64,000 nt of DNA from the human T2T-CHM13v2.0 reference genome, Homo sapiens. Below the pieces are notes generated by a model. That model had not been told where the DNA came from. It saw only the letters and a list, made by a program, of their open reading frames with translations, and did no database searches. Both the position numbers and the translations under genes were made by a program. Location of the stretch: assembly GCF_009914755.1 (NCBI RefSeq), contig NC_060948.1; one strand, written 5' to 3'. Shown in pieces: positions 30,601 to 54,700 of the stretch (positions are counted from its first letter, which is position 1; every line of letters starts with the position of its first letter).

Positions 30601-33600
30601 GCAAAAAGTTTTGATTGGGACTCTCAATTACACTCCCAGATGAAAGCAAATATTCTCCCCATCCCACATGACCTAAGCACACTATTCAAGTCCTGAGTCT
30701 AAAAAGTGAATAAAATATAAACCTGTAATTGTGACATTCATATGTGGATCTGGCCACAGATGAGATTGTGACTCACTTCTGAATTCAGCTCACAGGAATA
30801 ATAATGAGTACTATTCCTGAAAAGAGCCTACAGAAGAGATGTTGACTATTATGCCTGTGTTTAGGGCAATAGCCAAGATTGTGAATCCATACAAGCATGT
30901 AGGTCTCAGAGTGGTTTGCAACCCTCATGCATGCTGTATAAAGCCTTTAAATTTTGCATAGTGTCATACAATGGCCCAGGAATCATGGGAGATTGTGACT
31001 CTCATATACAAACCAAGCTCACATTTAATGGTGTCACCATCAAAGACAAGGAGATTTGTCATATTCCTAGGCCTAATACCCAGGTGTTGAGAATTTTTGA
31101 CTTAAATTCCTTCCCATGGGTACATTGTGACATATCGTTGGGTTAGAGTAATAATAATGTGACTCTTCTGCCTGGACCCCACCAACAGGGGATATTATCA
31201 CTTATCTCTGGCCCTGTAAGCTAGACGATTTATCTCTGCTGCCTGTTCTGTGCCCTCAAAGGACATTGTGAAATATTGTTTGACTTAACTCCTAGGTAAT
31301 GTGACTGTCTTCTACTGCCTCGGTCCTGATAACTAAGGAAATTGTGACATATTGATTATTGAAAAATCTAGGTGATGTGACTCTCCTTCTTATTCTAGAC
31401 TTACCCAAAAGAGAGGTTTATTACATATTGCAGAGCCCAGTAAATAGGCTGAGTGGCTCTTCTCTCTTTCTTCTTCCCTTTCTATAATGGGCTTAGTAAC
31501 ATACTATTTGAAGCTGCACCCAGGTGTTGTGATTCTTCTGAATAGACCCAGCCTCAAAATTAGATTATACTGTATCACTGGCTCAGCTCCCAGATGATGT
31601 GCTTCTCTTGCCTTGCCCCTGCTTACAGGTGAACTTGTGACATATTTCTGGTTTAAGCAAACATGCACAATAATAACTCTCATACCTGGACTCAGCCAGC
31701 AGTTTTATTTTTACTGCCATAGTCACTCACTCTCACTGTCATGGGTAAAGTCCTGTGTTTTTCACTTGTATAAAGTTCACTAATGATTATAACACTCAGG
31801 TGTATCATAAAAAGCATTGATGATAAAAAGAGTGTCATAACAGACACCAGCAGTGAGGTGAGAATGAGACTCCTGTATGCACACCCAGCTGAAACGATTG
31901 TCATTCTCACACATGAACATGGCCTGGGAATGAGTTATTAAATCTAACATATATAAAGCAGTCAAAGATTGAAATAATTACTTTCATACATGGATCAGAT
32001 TCAGAGGTGGTTTGGTAACATTTGAACCATAATTCAGCACAGCTGTGGTGCTGTGACTTCCCTGTGGGAACAAAATCTTACAGTCAGATTGAGGTTTTTA
32101 TAGATGGATCTTGCCGATTGTTGAGACTGACTCCTATACTTCAACCCAACTCATAGAAAGAGTTGACTCACATACACAAAACCACACAACTTGTGTGGAA
32201 TGTGAAACTTATTTTTGAACTTTCTGAGAGTGTGTTTGAGTCAGGTAACTTTGCCCAGGACATGAATAATTTGACCGTCTTTTCTAGGCCCAGACAACAG
32301 ATGAAATTGTGCCATATGAGGAACAAGCACCTAAGCAATATATAGCAACTTCCTTGGCTCTGCCAACAAAGGACACTTTCATATATCACTGGGACCATTA
32401 CCAAGGTGGTGTGAATTATCATCCTGAAACCTGCCTACAAAGAGAATTGCTTCTTATATGTAGGTCCTTCACATAAGTGAAGTGACTCCCTTCTAGTTCT
32501 TTGGCCCTGCACTTACAGTGCATTTTGACATGTAACTGTGCACTTCACCCGCGTGATGTGATTCTCTATTTTGAGTTTTGTCCACAGGAAGCATTGTAGC
32601 ATATCACATGGATTAGCACCTAGGTGATTTTTGTTTTGTTTTGTTTTTTGCTTTTGGCTGTGTCCTCACCACAGGGAGACTGTGATATGTTGCTGGGCTT
32701 AGTAACAACGTGAGGTCACTCTCCAGCCTTGCTACTGCATAAAAGGGTCATTGCGACATATACCTAGGCCAATTGCCTAGGTGAAATGAACCTCCTCTTT
32801 TGCCAAAGTCCTGCTTACACTGGGAGTTTTGATGTAACTGAAACCAGCATCCAGATTATGTGACTCTTCTGCAAGGGTCCTGCACACTAGGAGGATTGTA
32901 TTGTTTCTCTGGACCCAAAAACCCTATGGTGATGTAACCTTTCATTTGTTGTCTCTGGACACAGGTGTTATTGTGTCATATGTGAGACCACAGCAGAAGC
33001 CAAATAACAATTCATATGCCTGAAGCCAGGGCATGTGCAGGATTGTGAGCCTTATTCTGAAATTTTTCCATAAGTGTAATTGTGACATTTACCTTTGCAC
33101 AGCTCCTGAATGATTTAATAATTTTGTCTAGGTATAGCCCACAAATGAGATTTTGACAAACGCCTATGCCAAGCACCTTTGTGATTTGACTCTGTCATCT
33201 TAACAATGTCCTCAGGAAGGATTGTAACGTACATCTGGACCAATTGTCTAGGTTACGTGACCCTGCAAACCTGCTTGTACCTTGCTTATTTTAGTAATTG
33301 TACCATTTCTAAAAACTGCATCCAAATGGTATGACTTTCTTGCCTGGGCATTATCAACAGGAACATTGTGACATATTTTTGTGTCCATCATTTAGGTGAT
33401 ATGACTCTCCTCCTCTGCCTGGACACTGCCCACAAAGGACATTATGCCACAGAGCTGGAATTAGCACACAAGCTATGTGTCTACAAAGAGAATATAGAAA
33501 TATTCCTGTCCCAGCATTTAGGTAATGTGGCTGTTCTGCCTTCTTCATAACAACAGAGGGCATTGTGACATATACCTAGGCATGGCTCACAGGAATGATA

Positions 33601-35526
33601 ATGAGTCTCATATTGGAATAAAGCCAGTAGAGGCTATTTTGACTCTTATAACTAGGTTTATGAAAATGTGAGATGTCATGGATTACCTCCTGGTTCGAAG
33701 GTCATAAAAGATTACAATATTGACACTTATTTTACAAAGTCTTCTGGTTATAAAGACAGAGTCAAATCAGGGCTCAGCACAGAGATGAAATTGTGAGTCT
33801 TTTATACAAACCCAACTGACAGTCAAGACTGTCATAATATTACATGGATGAAGCCAACTGTCAGACATGAAAAGAGGACATGTATAGTGTTGCAAATTTC
33901 ATGTGTGAAATTTCTGACAGTGTGACTGTCATATAAATCTTTGTGAAGCACCTTTGTAATTTGACTCTTCAGACTTGTTCCAGTCCATATGTGGGAATGT
34001 GATATCTACCTAGATGAACCTTGAGGTGATGTGACACTCCTGCCTGGGCTCTTCTCCCAGTAAGGATTCTGTTGTATTACTGGATCTAACACCCAAGTGA
34101 TCTTACATTCTTGCCTGCACCATGAGCAAAAAATTGTTGTGACATATTTTTGTGTCCACCTCATAGGAGATATAACTCTCTTCTCTGGAATGGATTCTGT
34201 ACAAAGGGAGGATAGTGACATAATGTAAGGCCAGGCACAAAGGTGAGGGTATTTTTTCCCATAGCCATGACCAATGGAGGACATTATGACATATCTCTGG
34301 GCCTATCACTTAGGATATGCGGCTTTCCTGTTTTTTCCCTGCCAACCTGGAGAGTGACATATTTCTAGGCTAGGAACACAGGTAAGGGTACTCTTGCCAG
34401 GGCTATGCTTCATAATGGACATTGTGATAGGTCTCAGGGCCTATCACCTAAGTGAACTGACTCCCTCCTTAAGCCCTACACATATTGTAGGCTTAAGCAC
34501 AGAACCTGCACCAGGGTGATGTAACTATATTTGCCTGGGTGCTGTTCTAAAAGAGCCTTGTGACATATCTCATGACCCAGCAACCAAGTGATGTGGCTCT
34601 TTTGCCTGATTTCTGCCCACATGTTATAATGTGACATATTCCTAGGGAAGCACCTAGCTGATAGGACTCTCCTTGTCTGCCTGAGCAGCTTAGGTCTGCT
34701 GAGCCTAGCTTAGTTTATGTGACTCTACTCTTTTTTCTGAATTATGCCCACAAACGAAAATTTTGACCTACTGCACCCAGATGATGTTACTGTTCTGCCA
34801 GAGTCCTGTATAAAGAGGGAATTTTTACATACTGGTGGGAGCAGCATCCTGACGATGCTACTGGTTGGCCTGTGCCAGAGCCACAGAGAGTATTCTGACA
34901 TATCTCCAGCCCATGCTGTAGGTTTTGGCTCTCATCCCTTGGCTAAGTTTTTCACATGTGGAACTGTGTTATATTAATCAGTCCAGCACCCAGTTAATGT
35001 GACTCTCCTTCCTAGGTTTTACCGAGTGAGGGCATTGTGACATGTTGCTTGCCACATCACCTAAGCTATTTTATTCTTTGTTCTAAGTTTTTGCTCACAA
35101 ATGGGATTATGTCATATACCTTGCTTCAGTTCACATGCATGATGGTCAAACTTATATTGAGATTCAGCTAATAGAAGGTATTTTGTCCCTTGTCACTAGG
35201 CTAATGGAATAGGTAAAATCCTGGGTTGCATTTTTGTAGAAGGCTCACAGAAATTTACAACGCTAATTCTTATTCTACAAACTGCTTGGGTGGTACAGAG
35301 AGTTTCATAACAAGGCCCCACAAAAAATTATAATTGTCATCATCAATGACACACCCAGTTAAGAGTAAAAGTTACAGGAATCCCACATTTACAAAGCTCA
35401 TTGTTGAAGTACTGAGTTTCACTAGGGAAAACAGAATAAAGATGGAATTTTGACTCTTATATGTGGATCTGGCCACAGGTGTGATAGTGACTGATTTTTG
35501 AACATTATCATGTATCCTGAGGTTAC

Positions 35527-35855
<329 letters not shown>

Positions 35856-36983
35856 CTAAATGAGAGAAATTGACTATCATATCTCAGTTTAAGGCAATAT
35901 ATAACATTGTGAGTACATATGAGCCTGTGAGTCACAGTGTAGTTTGCAACTCTCATCCATGATGTATAAAGCCCTCAGATGCTGTAGAGGGTTTCATACA
36001 ATGGCCCAGCATGCATGTGACATTGTGACTCGTATACATACTAAGTTCACAGTTAAAATTGTCAGCCTCTAAAATGAAGAGATTGTGTCATATCACTGGG
36101 CCAACTATCAGGGTGTTAAAACTTTTGCTTAAATTGTTACCCATGTGTGCATTTTTACATATTATTGGGTCAGAATTATAAGAATGCGACTCTTCTTCCC
36201 GGGTCCTGCCAATGAGGGATATTATAACACATCTCTGAGCCTATTAGCTAGGTGATTTTTCTATTTTGTCTGTGTTTTGCCCCCCCAAGGAACATTGTGA
36301 CATCTCTGGAAGTAGCATCTAGAAAATGTGACTCTCCTCTCCAGCCAGATCCTGCCAACTAAGGGAATTGTGACATACCACTGAGGGCAAAACCTAGGTA
36401 ATGCAACACACTTCTTTATTCTGGAGTTGGCCAAAAGAGGGGATTATTTCATATTGCTAAGCCCAACACCTAGGTGATGTGATTCTCCTGTTTTTCTTCA
36501 ACCTTTTCTACCATAGACGTGGTGCCATATTACTTGAGTCTGTCCCCAGATGATGTTACCCTTCTGACTTGGCCATGCATCCAAAGAAGATTGTAAAGTA
36601 TCCTAAGCACCGAATCCAGGTGACAAGACTCTCCTGCCTTGTTTCTGCCCTCAGGTGAAATTGAGTAGGCTAGAGCACTGTCACCCTTAGTGGTTAGCTC
36701 ATGCGGTCTTCAGAGGTATTTCAAAATCATAGTTTGTTGGGGCTCAAAAATGGGCTGGTGCAAATGAGAAGGTGCTGTTGAAATAATTGGAGTCAGGAAG
36801 GGAATGAGATGTGCTTGGAAAAGTGCACATGCTGCTTAGGTGCAACAGAACTGTCTGGCCAGTTCTCTGGTTTGGGCCTTCTGCCATGGAATTAACAGTC
36901 ATTACCTTTATACTGCATTTGTTCGGTATGAAGACTCTGATGTTGAACACAGTATGAGAACTTGTTAAAGACTTTCCACATTT

Positions 36984-38116
<1,133 letters not shown>

Positions 38117-38615
38117 CTGAAAAAAAAAAAAAAAGAACATAACTCTCCCATCATGAGACACAGATTAATACATTTTACAAATGTATAATTATACAAAACA
38201 CGTTAACTAGGTGACACTAAAACACCACAGGTTCTAATTCCTTTATAGACATATAAACTTAACAGAAATATACTGACCAAAATGTCATTGTGAAAAGTCT
38301 AAGAACCAGTTAAACCTTTGCTATTCTTCATCCTATTATGAGTATAAATATAAACTCCTAACTTCTGCCTTACCCATCCAAAAATAAGTAAAATTGTGGC
38401 ATCTTTGTCAATGCTCCTGGCTCTTTGTGACCTTACTAAAGACTAATTTCTATATTTCATGACAGTATTGAAAAGAAAGGTGGTGCTCTTTGATACTTTT
38501 GGACAGCTAAAACCAAATGTAAATGACTGTCACAAGAGAAGGAAGATGTCACTATCATTGATAGACAATGGAAATAACATCTGACTACAAGACCTTAATA
38601 AGAAATATGAAGAAT

Positions 38616-38955
38616 GGCCAGGAGCAGTGGTTCATGCCTGTAATCCCAGCACTTTGGGAGACTGAGGTGAGAGAATCACATGAGGTCAGAAATTCAAAAT
38701 CAGCCAGGTCAACATGGTGAAACTGGTCTCTAACAAAAATACAAAAATTGGCCAGGTGTGGTGGCAGTCTGCCTGTAATCCCAGCTATTTAGCAGGCTGA
38801 GGAAGAAGAATTGCTTGAAGCTGGAAAGTGGAGTTTGCAGTAAGCCAGGATTGCACCATAGCACTCTAGGCTGGGCAACAAGAGTGAAAAAGCAACTCAA
38901 AACTAAATAAATAAATACATACATACATACATACCTACCTACATACATAAAAATA
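38616..38955 (+). mobile_element. Alu (AluSq/Sp-like) with (TAAA)n(TACA)n tail
   Basis: 'ggccaggagcagtggttcatgcctgtaatcccagcactttgg...ctgggcaacaagagtgaaa' plus a microsatellite tail. Confidence 0.95.
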
Positions 38956-39141
38956 AGAAAAAAATGAGGAAAATTTTTTAACTAAAAAACACACAGGCCC
39001 AGGGGAACAGGCTTGAGAGACTCCAAGAATCTCTAGGATAAAACTTGGTAGCTTATTTTTCAAGACAAAAGACACTTAATAAAGATTTGACATGTGGCTT
39101 TTTATTATATAAATTGCAACCTAAGATTACAACATATAACA

Positions 39142-39425
39142 GGCCGGGTGCGGTGGCTCATGCCTGTAATGCCAGCACTTTGGGAGGCTGAGATGGGAGG
39201 ATCACGAGATCAGGAGATCGAGACCATCCTGGCTAACACAGGGAAACCCCATCTCTACTAAAAAATACAAAAAAAAAAAAAATTAGCCGGCATAGTGGTG
39301 GGTGCCTGTGCTCCCAGATACTCAGGAGGCTGAGGCAGGAGAATGGCGTGAATCCAGGAGGTGGGGCTTGCAGTGAGCCGAGATCACACCACTGCACTCC
39401 AGCCCGGGCGACAGAGCAAGACTCT

Positions 39426-39467
<42 letters not shown>
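39142..39467 (+). mobile_element. AluY with long poly-A tail and TSD
   Basis: AluY diagnostics 'gagatcgagaccatcctggctaacac' and 'ggagaatggcgtgaa'. Several CpGs retained, ~37-A tail. Degenerate TSD 'agattacaacatata' / 'aaattacagaatata'. Confidence 0.97.
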
Positions 39468-39469
<2 letters not shown>

Positions 39470-39689
39470 ACAGAATATACTGAACATCAGGGTAATGTGA
39501 CTCAAGCAAAAATAAAAATAAATATTCAAGAATCAATTATTCAAAATTAAGATGGGAAAATTACTTGAGACAATCAGATTTAAATTATAGATCTATGTTT
39601 TAAAAGAAAAAAATAAATTATCCTAAACAATCAAAATTACCATCTCAATGATACTCAGAGAGTAAAATGGAAATAAACAAAACAAAATA

Positions 39690-41085
<1,396 letters not shown>

Positions 41086-41090
41086 TGAGT

Positions 41091-47269
<6,179 letters not shown>

Positions 47270-47724
47270 GACATTTTGAGATATCACTGAAACTAGCATC
47301 TAGGTAATGGAATTCACCTCCCCTGCCTGGGAACTGTTCACCAAAGGAATTGTGACATATGATTGAATGAAAACTTAGATGGTATGTCTCCCTTCCGCAC
47401 TCAAGGGTTTATTTCTGTGCTGCATTCTGTTTCATTACTTTGGTGTTCTACCTTTACAGCCCTACCAAAGTGCTTTGGTTACTGTAGGATTTTGTGTGTG
47501 TGTGAAAATTGTTAAGTGTAGGGCTTCCAATATTTTTCTTATTTTTCAAGATTGTCACACTTTTCATAGTACCTTGAGATCCTTTTATTTTTTTCTATTT
47601 TTGAAAAATATAATTAAAATTAAAAAGGGATATGTTGAGCATTGAGTCACTTTAAGTACATGGACATCTTCACAATATTATTTCTTCCAACCCTTGAAAA
47701 AAAGCCTACTCAAAAGTGTGTTGT

Positions 47725-48049
<325 letters not shown>

Positions 48050-48752
48050 TTATTTTTTAAATTGTTCAGCTTTTCTTCTTTTACTGATTTCTAGCTTCAT
48101 TCCATTTGGGCTGTAAATAATTGTAAAATTTCAATTAAAAAATTGTTAAGGCTTCTTTTGTGGTGTCACAGGTGGTCCGTGTAGGAAAATGTTTTATAAG
48201 CTATTGAAAAGGATGTGTATTCTGTTGTCTGTATACATTTATTAAGTGCAGTTATTGTATAGTGCCTTCAATTATTGTTTCCTTATTAATATTCTGCCTT
48301 GTTTATTTTTTACTGAAAGTGAGATATTGATGTATGCATCCATTATTATATTACTGTCTATTTTGGCATCAATTCTGTCAATGTTTCCTTCATGTGTTTG
48401 GGAAAACAGTAATATATTTATAGGTTCTCAGTGAATGAACCTTTTTATTATAATTGAATGTCCTACTGTGTCTCTTGTAAAATTTGACTAAAAGTAAATT
48501 TTATTAAATATGACAGTTGTCAACTTAATATTGTAACCTTTTCTCATTTCATTTTGTTAATGCTTGCATGGAATTTATTTTTCATCCTGGCATTTTCAGT
48601 TTATTTTTTTTAATTAGCTCTGAAGTGAGTCTCTTGAAGCCATAGTTAGATCGTGATATAGATCATGATGTAGTTAGTTTTTTTATTATTATTTTGAAGG
48701 ATACTATTGCTGGATATAGTATTCTTGCTTAGAATTTTTTCATGTGTTTTAA

Positions 48753-51700
48753 GGTTTTACATGATATACCTGAGTCTTATAATTCTTCATGAACTTTATA
48801 CTAGTAAAAATTCCACGGCTTTACCCAAGGACCTGAGACTGGCTATGAGAGTCAAAATATCGCTACTGGCTGGGTCCAGGTATGAAAGTTGTTGTGCATG
48901 TGTGCTTAACCCAGAGTGTTAAAATATTTCTACTGGGTTGGTCCAGTTATGAGAGTTATTATTGTGTATGTGTGCTTAACCTTGTATATGTCACAATTTC
49001 ACCTGTGAGCAGGGACAAGGCAGGGGAGTCATATTATCTAGGTGCTGAGCCAGTAATACAGTATAATCTCATTTGTAGGATAGGCCTAGTCAGAAAAATC
49101 ACACAACCTGGGTACAGCCTCAAATAATATGTCACCAAGTCTGCTATAGACAGGGAATAAGTATAAAATGAGAGTTACTCCACCTAGGTTCTGGGCTCTG
49201 TAGTATGTAATAATGTATCTTTTGGCTGAGTCTGGAATATGAAGGAGAGCCATATCACCTAGGTTTTGCAATAAGCAGCATGTCACATGTTTTTTAGTGA
49301 GCAGGACCCTGGCCAGGAGGAGAGTCACATGACATAAAGGTTTGGCCAAACAATATTTCACAATATCCTGCAGGGCAGGGCACAGGCAGGAGAGACAAGT
49401 AATCCAGCTTATGTGCCCAGAGATATGTGATAATATCCCAGGTTGGCAGGGTACAGGCAGGAGAGTCATATAATTATTCTAACTCAGCAATATGTCACAA
49501 TGTACCCATGGGAAGGTATTTAAGCAAAAAGTCTCAACATCTCATACTAGGCCTAAAAATATGCCAAATCTTTTGGTCTTTGAGGGTGACACCTTTAACA
49601 GGAACCGAAGTGTGTATATGACAGTCACAATCTCACATGTTTCCTGGGCTGTTGCATGACGCTCTACAACATTTGAAGGCTTTATATAGCATGCGTGAGA
49701 GTTGCAAACCACTCTGAGGCCTATATGTTCATATAGATTCACAGTCACACAAACTAACGTAACCCAGGTATAATGGTCTCTTCTGTAGGCTAGGATCAGG
49801 AATGAGACACATTATGATGTCTGTGAGCTGAATCCAGAAATGAGTCACCATCCCGCCTGTGGCCAGATCCACATATGAAATTCACAATTCCAACTTTGTA
49901 CTTTATTCTCCTGTTAGACTTAGGACCCTAACAGTGGGATTTGCATATGTGGTATGATAACAACATTCACTTTTACCTGGGTGTGGAATCGAGAGAATCC
50001 CAATCTGAACTTTTTGATGGGTCCTGGCTTAAAACTCTCTGTGCCATACTAGGAGATAATATATTATGAGTTAGTGTTGTAAGGCGCTGTGTGTTTGGTA
50101 CAAATAGCAATTCAGGACCTTAACTATTGCCCTAAGCCTAGCGATGAAAGGAAAAATAAATGATATTGGCTGAAACCCAACATAAGTTTTACTATCATGC
50201 CTGTAAACTGAAGTAAAGTATATATCATAGTCCCTTTTGTGGGCAAAAACTAGGTTGGCAGGTAAGATTGTTTAGCTGCTGTGCTAAGTAGCATATCACT
50301 AATTCCTAGGCACGGTATAAGAATTAGAGTCACATTAACTGGGTGCTGGACTCAGCAATATGAAACCATCCCAGCCAAGGGATGAGAGTCAAAACACACA
50401 CAATAAGCCCAGAATATGTTTAAAAAAGTTCTATGACTATGGGGCAGGCATGATAGATGAAATAATGTGCTGCTCTGAAATGACATTGTCAGGGTGCTGG
50501 TCTCAGCAATATGCCATAATTTTCTCTATATGCTGTACCCAGACAAAGGAGTAACATTGTCTCGAGGCTGGGCCATGCAATATGTCAAAAAGTCTGTTTG
50601 TGGGCATGGCTCTAGAAAAAAAAGTAGAGACAAATAAACTGAGTGATGAACTCAGCAATATTCCACAATAGCCCGATTATAAATACCAGGCGAAAAATAG
50701 CGTCATTTCACTTAGGTCATGGGCACAGAGATATATCCCACTGTTCCCAGGAGGCAAAGCCCAGACAGAAAAGGTGAATCATATCATGTAGGGACTTTCT
50801 TGGTTATATATCACATTCTAACGTGTGGGCAGACACCAAGCAGAAGAACCACATCACCTGGGTACAGCATCAAGCAATATGTCACCATCCCCTGTAAGGA
50901 CAGGTTTGAAGGAAAAAAAAGAGAATCACAACTCCTGGGTGCTGGGCTCAGCAATATATAATAATTTCCACTCTTAGCAGAATCCAGGACAAAGAGGAGA
51001 TTCATGTCACCTAGGTTTTGGATTTGGTGGTATGTCACACTTTCTTCAATGGGCAGGATCCAATTAGCAGAGGAGAGTCATATTTCCTAGATGCTATATC
51101 TAGCCATATGTCAGAATGTCCCCTGTGGGCAGGGCACTGGCAGGAGAGCCATATCAGCTAGCCAAAAGGACCAGAGATATATGAAAATATATGTTGTTTG
51201 CAGGGCCCATGCAGAAGTCACATTATCATGATTCTGACCCAGTGATATGTAACAATGTCCTTAAGAAAAAGAATTTAAACCTAACATCATAATACCAGGG
51301 TATTAGGCCAAGGGATATGACTCAATCTCCTCATCTTTAAGGGTGACACTACTAATTGTTGGCTACTTGTGTGTAGGAGAATCACAGTCTCATGTGCGTG
51401 CTGGCCATTGTATGACACTCCCTACAACATCTGAGTACTGTATACAACATGCATGAGAGTTGCAAGCCTCTCTGATGCCTACATGCTTATATGGATTTGC
51501 AAACTTAGATTCCCCTAAACCCACATATGACAGTCAACATCTCTCCTAAAGACTGGCTTAAAGAATTAGGCCACTATTATTTCTGTGAGCTGAGTCCAGA
51601 AATGAGTCATGATTCCACCTGTTGCCAGATTGACTTATGAAAATCACAATTCTGACATTGTGCTTTATTCACTCATTAGAATCAGGACATCAACAATGGG

Positions 51701-54700
51701 CTTTGTAAATGTAAGACAGTAACAATTTTTACTTTCACTTGTGTAGTCAGGAGTCACAATCCTGACTTTTTGCTGGGCCCTGTTATAAAAGTCTCTGTAC
51801 CACCCAAGAAGTTTGTATGATATGAGTTAGTGTTGTAAACTTCTGTGAGATTTGTAGAAATATGAATAAAGGACCTTATTGACCAAAACATAGTGGTTAG
51901 TGGCAAAATATTTCCTATTGGAAGAATCTCAGTATAAGTTTGATCATCATGCCTTTCAACTGGAGGACGGTATATGTCATAATCTTATTTGTGGGCTAAT
52001 AACTAGGCTGAAGGTTAACATCACTTAGGTACTGGGGCAAGTAATATGTCACAGTGCCCTCTCTAGGCAGGGCCTAGGGAATAAGGTCACATTAACTGGG
52101 GGCTGAAGCCAGCATTATAATACAACCACAGGTGGAAGAAACCCAGCAAAGTTATGAGAGCCAAAGCACTTAAAAAATTGGCCAAAGATATCCCAAAATA
52201 CTTCCTGTGGCTCAGGCACAAGCAGGAGAGTAATGTCATTAGTGTACTGGACCAAGCAATATGCCACAATTCCCTGTTTATGCATGACTTATGCAGAAAA
52301 GTAGCATCACCCATGTGTAGGACCCTGAAATATTGCAAAAGCCCTATTCATGAGCATTGTTCGGCAAGAAGACGAGAGTCATATTACCTAAGTGCTGAGC
52401 TCATCAATATGTCAAAATGTTTCTGTTGTTAAGACCCAGACAGAAGAGAGTCACATTACTTATGTCATGGGCTAAGAGGTGTGACCAAATGTCACCAGTA
52501 CACAGGGCTCAGGCAGAAAGAGTCAGATTACCTAAGTGTCTCTTTAAGTATATGTCACAATTTAATATGTGGGCAGAAACCAGGGTGAAGAGCCACATCT
52601 TCTCTTCCTGTATCCTGAGATACTCACAAGTCAGTCCCCCTTAGAAAAGAACATAGGCAAGTCAGTTACATCACCTAGGTCCCTGTTCCACTGTTATTTC
52701 ACAATGCTCCATGTGGTCAGGGACAAGCAGGACCAAGGACCAAGGCCAAGCACATCACCTAAGTGATAAGCTGAGAGATATGTCACAAAGCCTTTCTGAA
52801 AGCATGGCCCTGACAAAACAGCACCATTACCTTTGTGGCTGACCTAGCAATATGTCACTATTCAAGTAGGCAGTTCCCAAGCAGAAGAGCCATATCACCT
52901 CCATGATAGGAATTGTGATATGTCAACATGCCCTCTTTTGGGTATGGCCCTGGCAAAAGAGTATCATCACATGTGTGTCTGTCCTAGGAATATGTTATTT
53001 TGCCCTGTGTGCAGGATTCATTCCAGACAGGAGAGTTACATCTTCTAACTGATGTACAAAGTGATATGCCACGATGATATTTTCAGGCATGATGCGGCAA
53101 AATGTAACGACACCTTGATGCTGGATCCAGTGATGTCATAGTTCTTACTGAGAGGAGGGGCCAGGCAGAGAAGTCTCATCACTTCAAGTTTGGCCCAGGT
53201 AGATATACAAATCTCATATGTAGACTGGAATCAGTCTGAAGAGTGAAATCACACAGGTGCTTGCAAAGACTTACATCACAGTCACAATGAAATAAAATTC
53301 TAGGGATTAGATTTACAGTATCACACATGTCCTGTTTTCATGTAGGAGAGTTGCTTTCATCCATCTGTGATGGTGAAAGTCTTTACTGTCAGTTAGATGT
53401 GCATATGAGACTCAGAATTTCCTCTCTGTGCTAGTCCCTTTTATGACACTCTCTATACAACCCAAGGGTCCTATAAAATATGTGTGAGTGTTGTAATCTT
53501 CTGTGACATTTTTACCAGAATTAGACCCTGGACATCACTGATGTACCTCAACCTAGTTATATGGGTCAAAATTTCTCCTACTGGCTGCGTATATAAGAGT
53601 CAGTATCATATAAGAGTCAGTATCATGCCTGTTAGCTGTGTCTAGGTATATGGCACCAACCCCTCTGTGGTTATTAGACACAGAGGACAACAACATCACC
53701 TAAATCTTCAGCCACAAATAATCCAATATTCTCTTTGTAGGCAGGGATATAAAAGAAATGTCACAAAACTTGGGTGCTGGTCTCATTGATTTGTAAATTT
53801 TCCTATATCACATTGCCAAACAAGGTGTTATGCATTGCTCAGGTACTTGCTGCATGTATGTCACAGTTTCCACTGTGCTCTGAACCTAGAAAGGAGAGTC
53901 AAACACTCAGATGTTAGGCAAAGTAACATTTTCAATCACACACTTGAAAATGTTCAGAAATATGTTTCACAGTCCCACACAAGTTCTGTCTTTGAATATA
54001 AGAGTGAACATCTCCCATGAGTTGGGTCAAAGTACAGGAGTCACTGTCTCATCAATGGGCAAGCTCCATGTACACAAGCCCCATTCCCACTTGAAGATTG
54101 TATTCCAGAGAGTCAAAGCACCACATGTCTGCTGACTCATTGTTCAAACATCAAAAAACCACCTGTGGGCCAGTTTTATGTATGAGAGTAAAAATTTCAA
54201 GCTTCAACTGCCTATCTGTGTGAGATTTAGTACCTCATTCATAGACTGTTCATGTGAGAGAATGACAATTGTGTCAGCTGGATGTGCATCCAAGAGTCAC
54301 AACAGAACCTGGTTGCTGGTGCCTGTTAGGACACTCTATGTACTACTCAGGCTTTACGTGATATATCTGAGTAACATATTTTTCTGTGAATTCTTACAGG
54401 TAGGAGATCTAGGATTTTATCCATGTTCTTAAGTCTGGCTATGAGAGTCAAAATATCTTCCCTGGCTGGGTCTAGGTAGCAGAGTTATTATTTTGCATAT
54501 GAGCTTAATCAAGGTATAAGTGACAATTTCACCTTTGGACAGAGACAATCAGAAAAGTCATATCTTCTAGGCCCTGAGACAAGGATACACTATAACTTCC
54601 TCTGTAAGCAGGACCCAGTCAAAATAGTCATAAAAAATGGCTCAGTCTTAAATAATATGTCATAATGCCCACTGTATACAAGGTGGAAAAATAGTGGTAC

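Noticed and set aside
53592-53626. Short tandem duplications (17 bp here; also ~8331-8354, ~17262-17289, ~42401-42432)
   Set aside because: Ordinary slippage events with no evidence of function.
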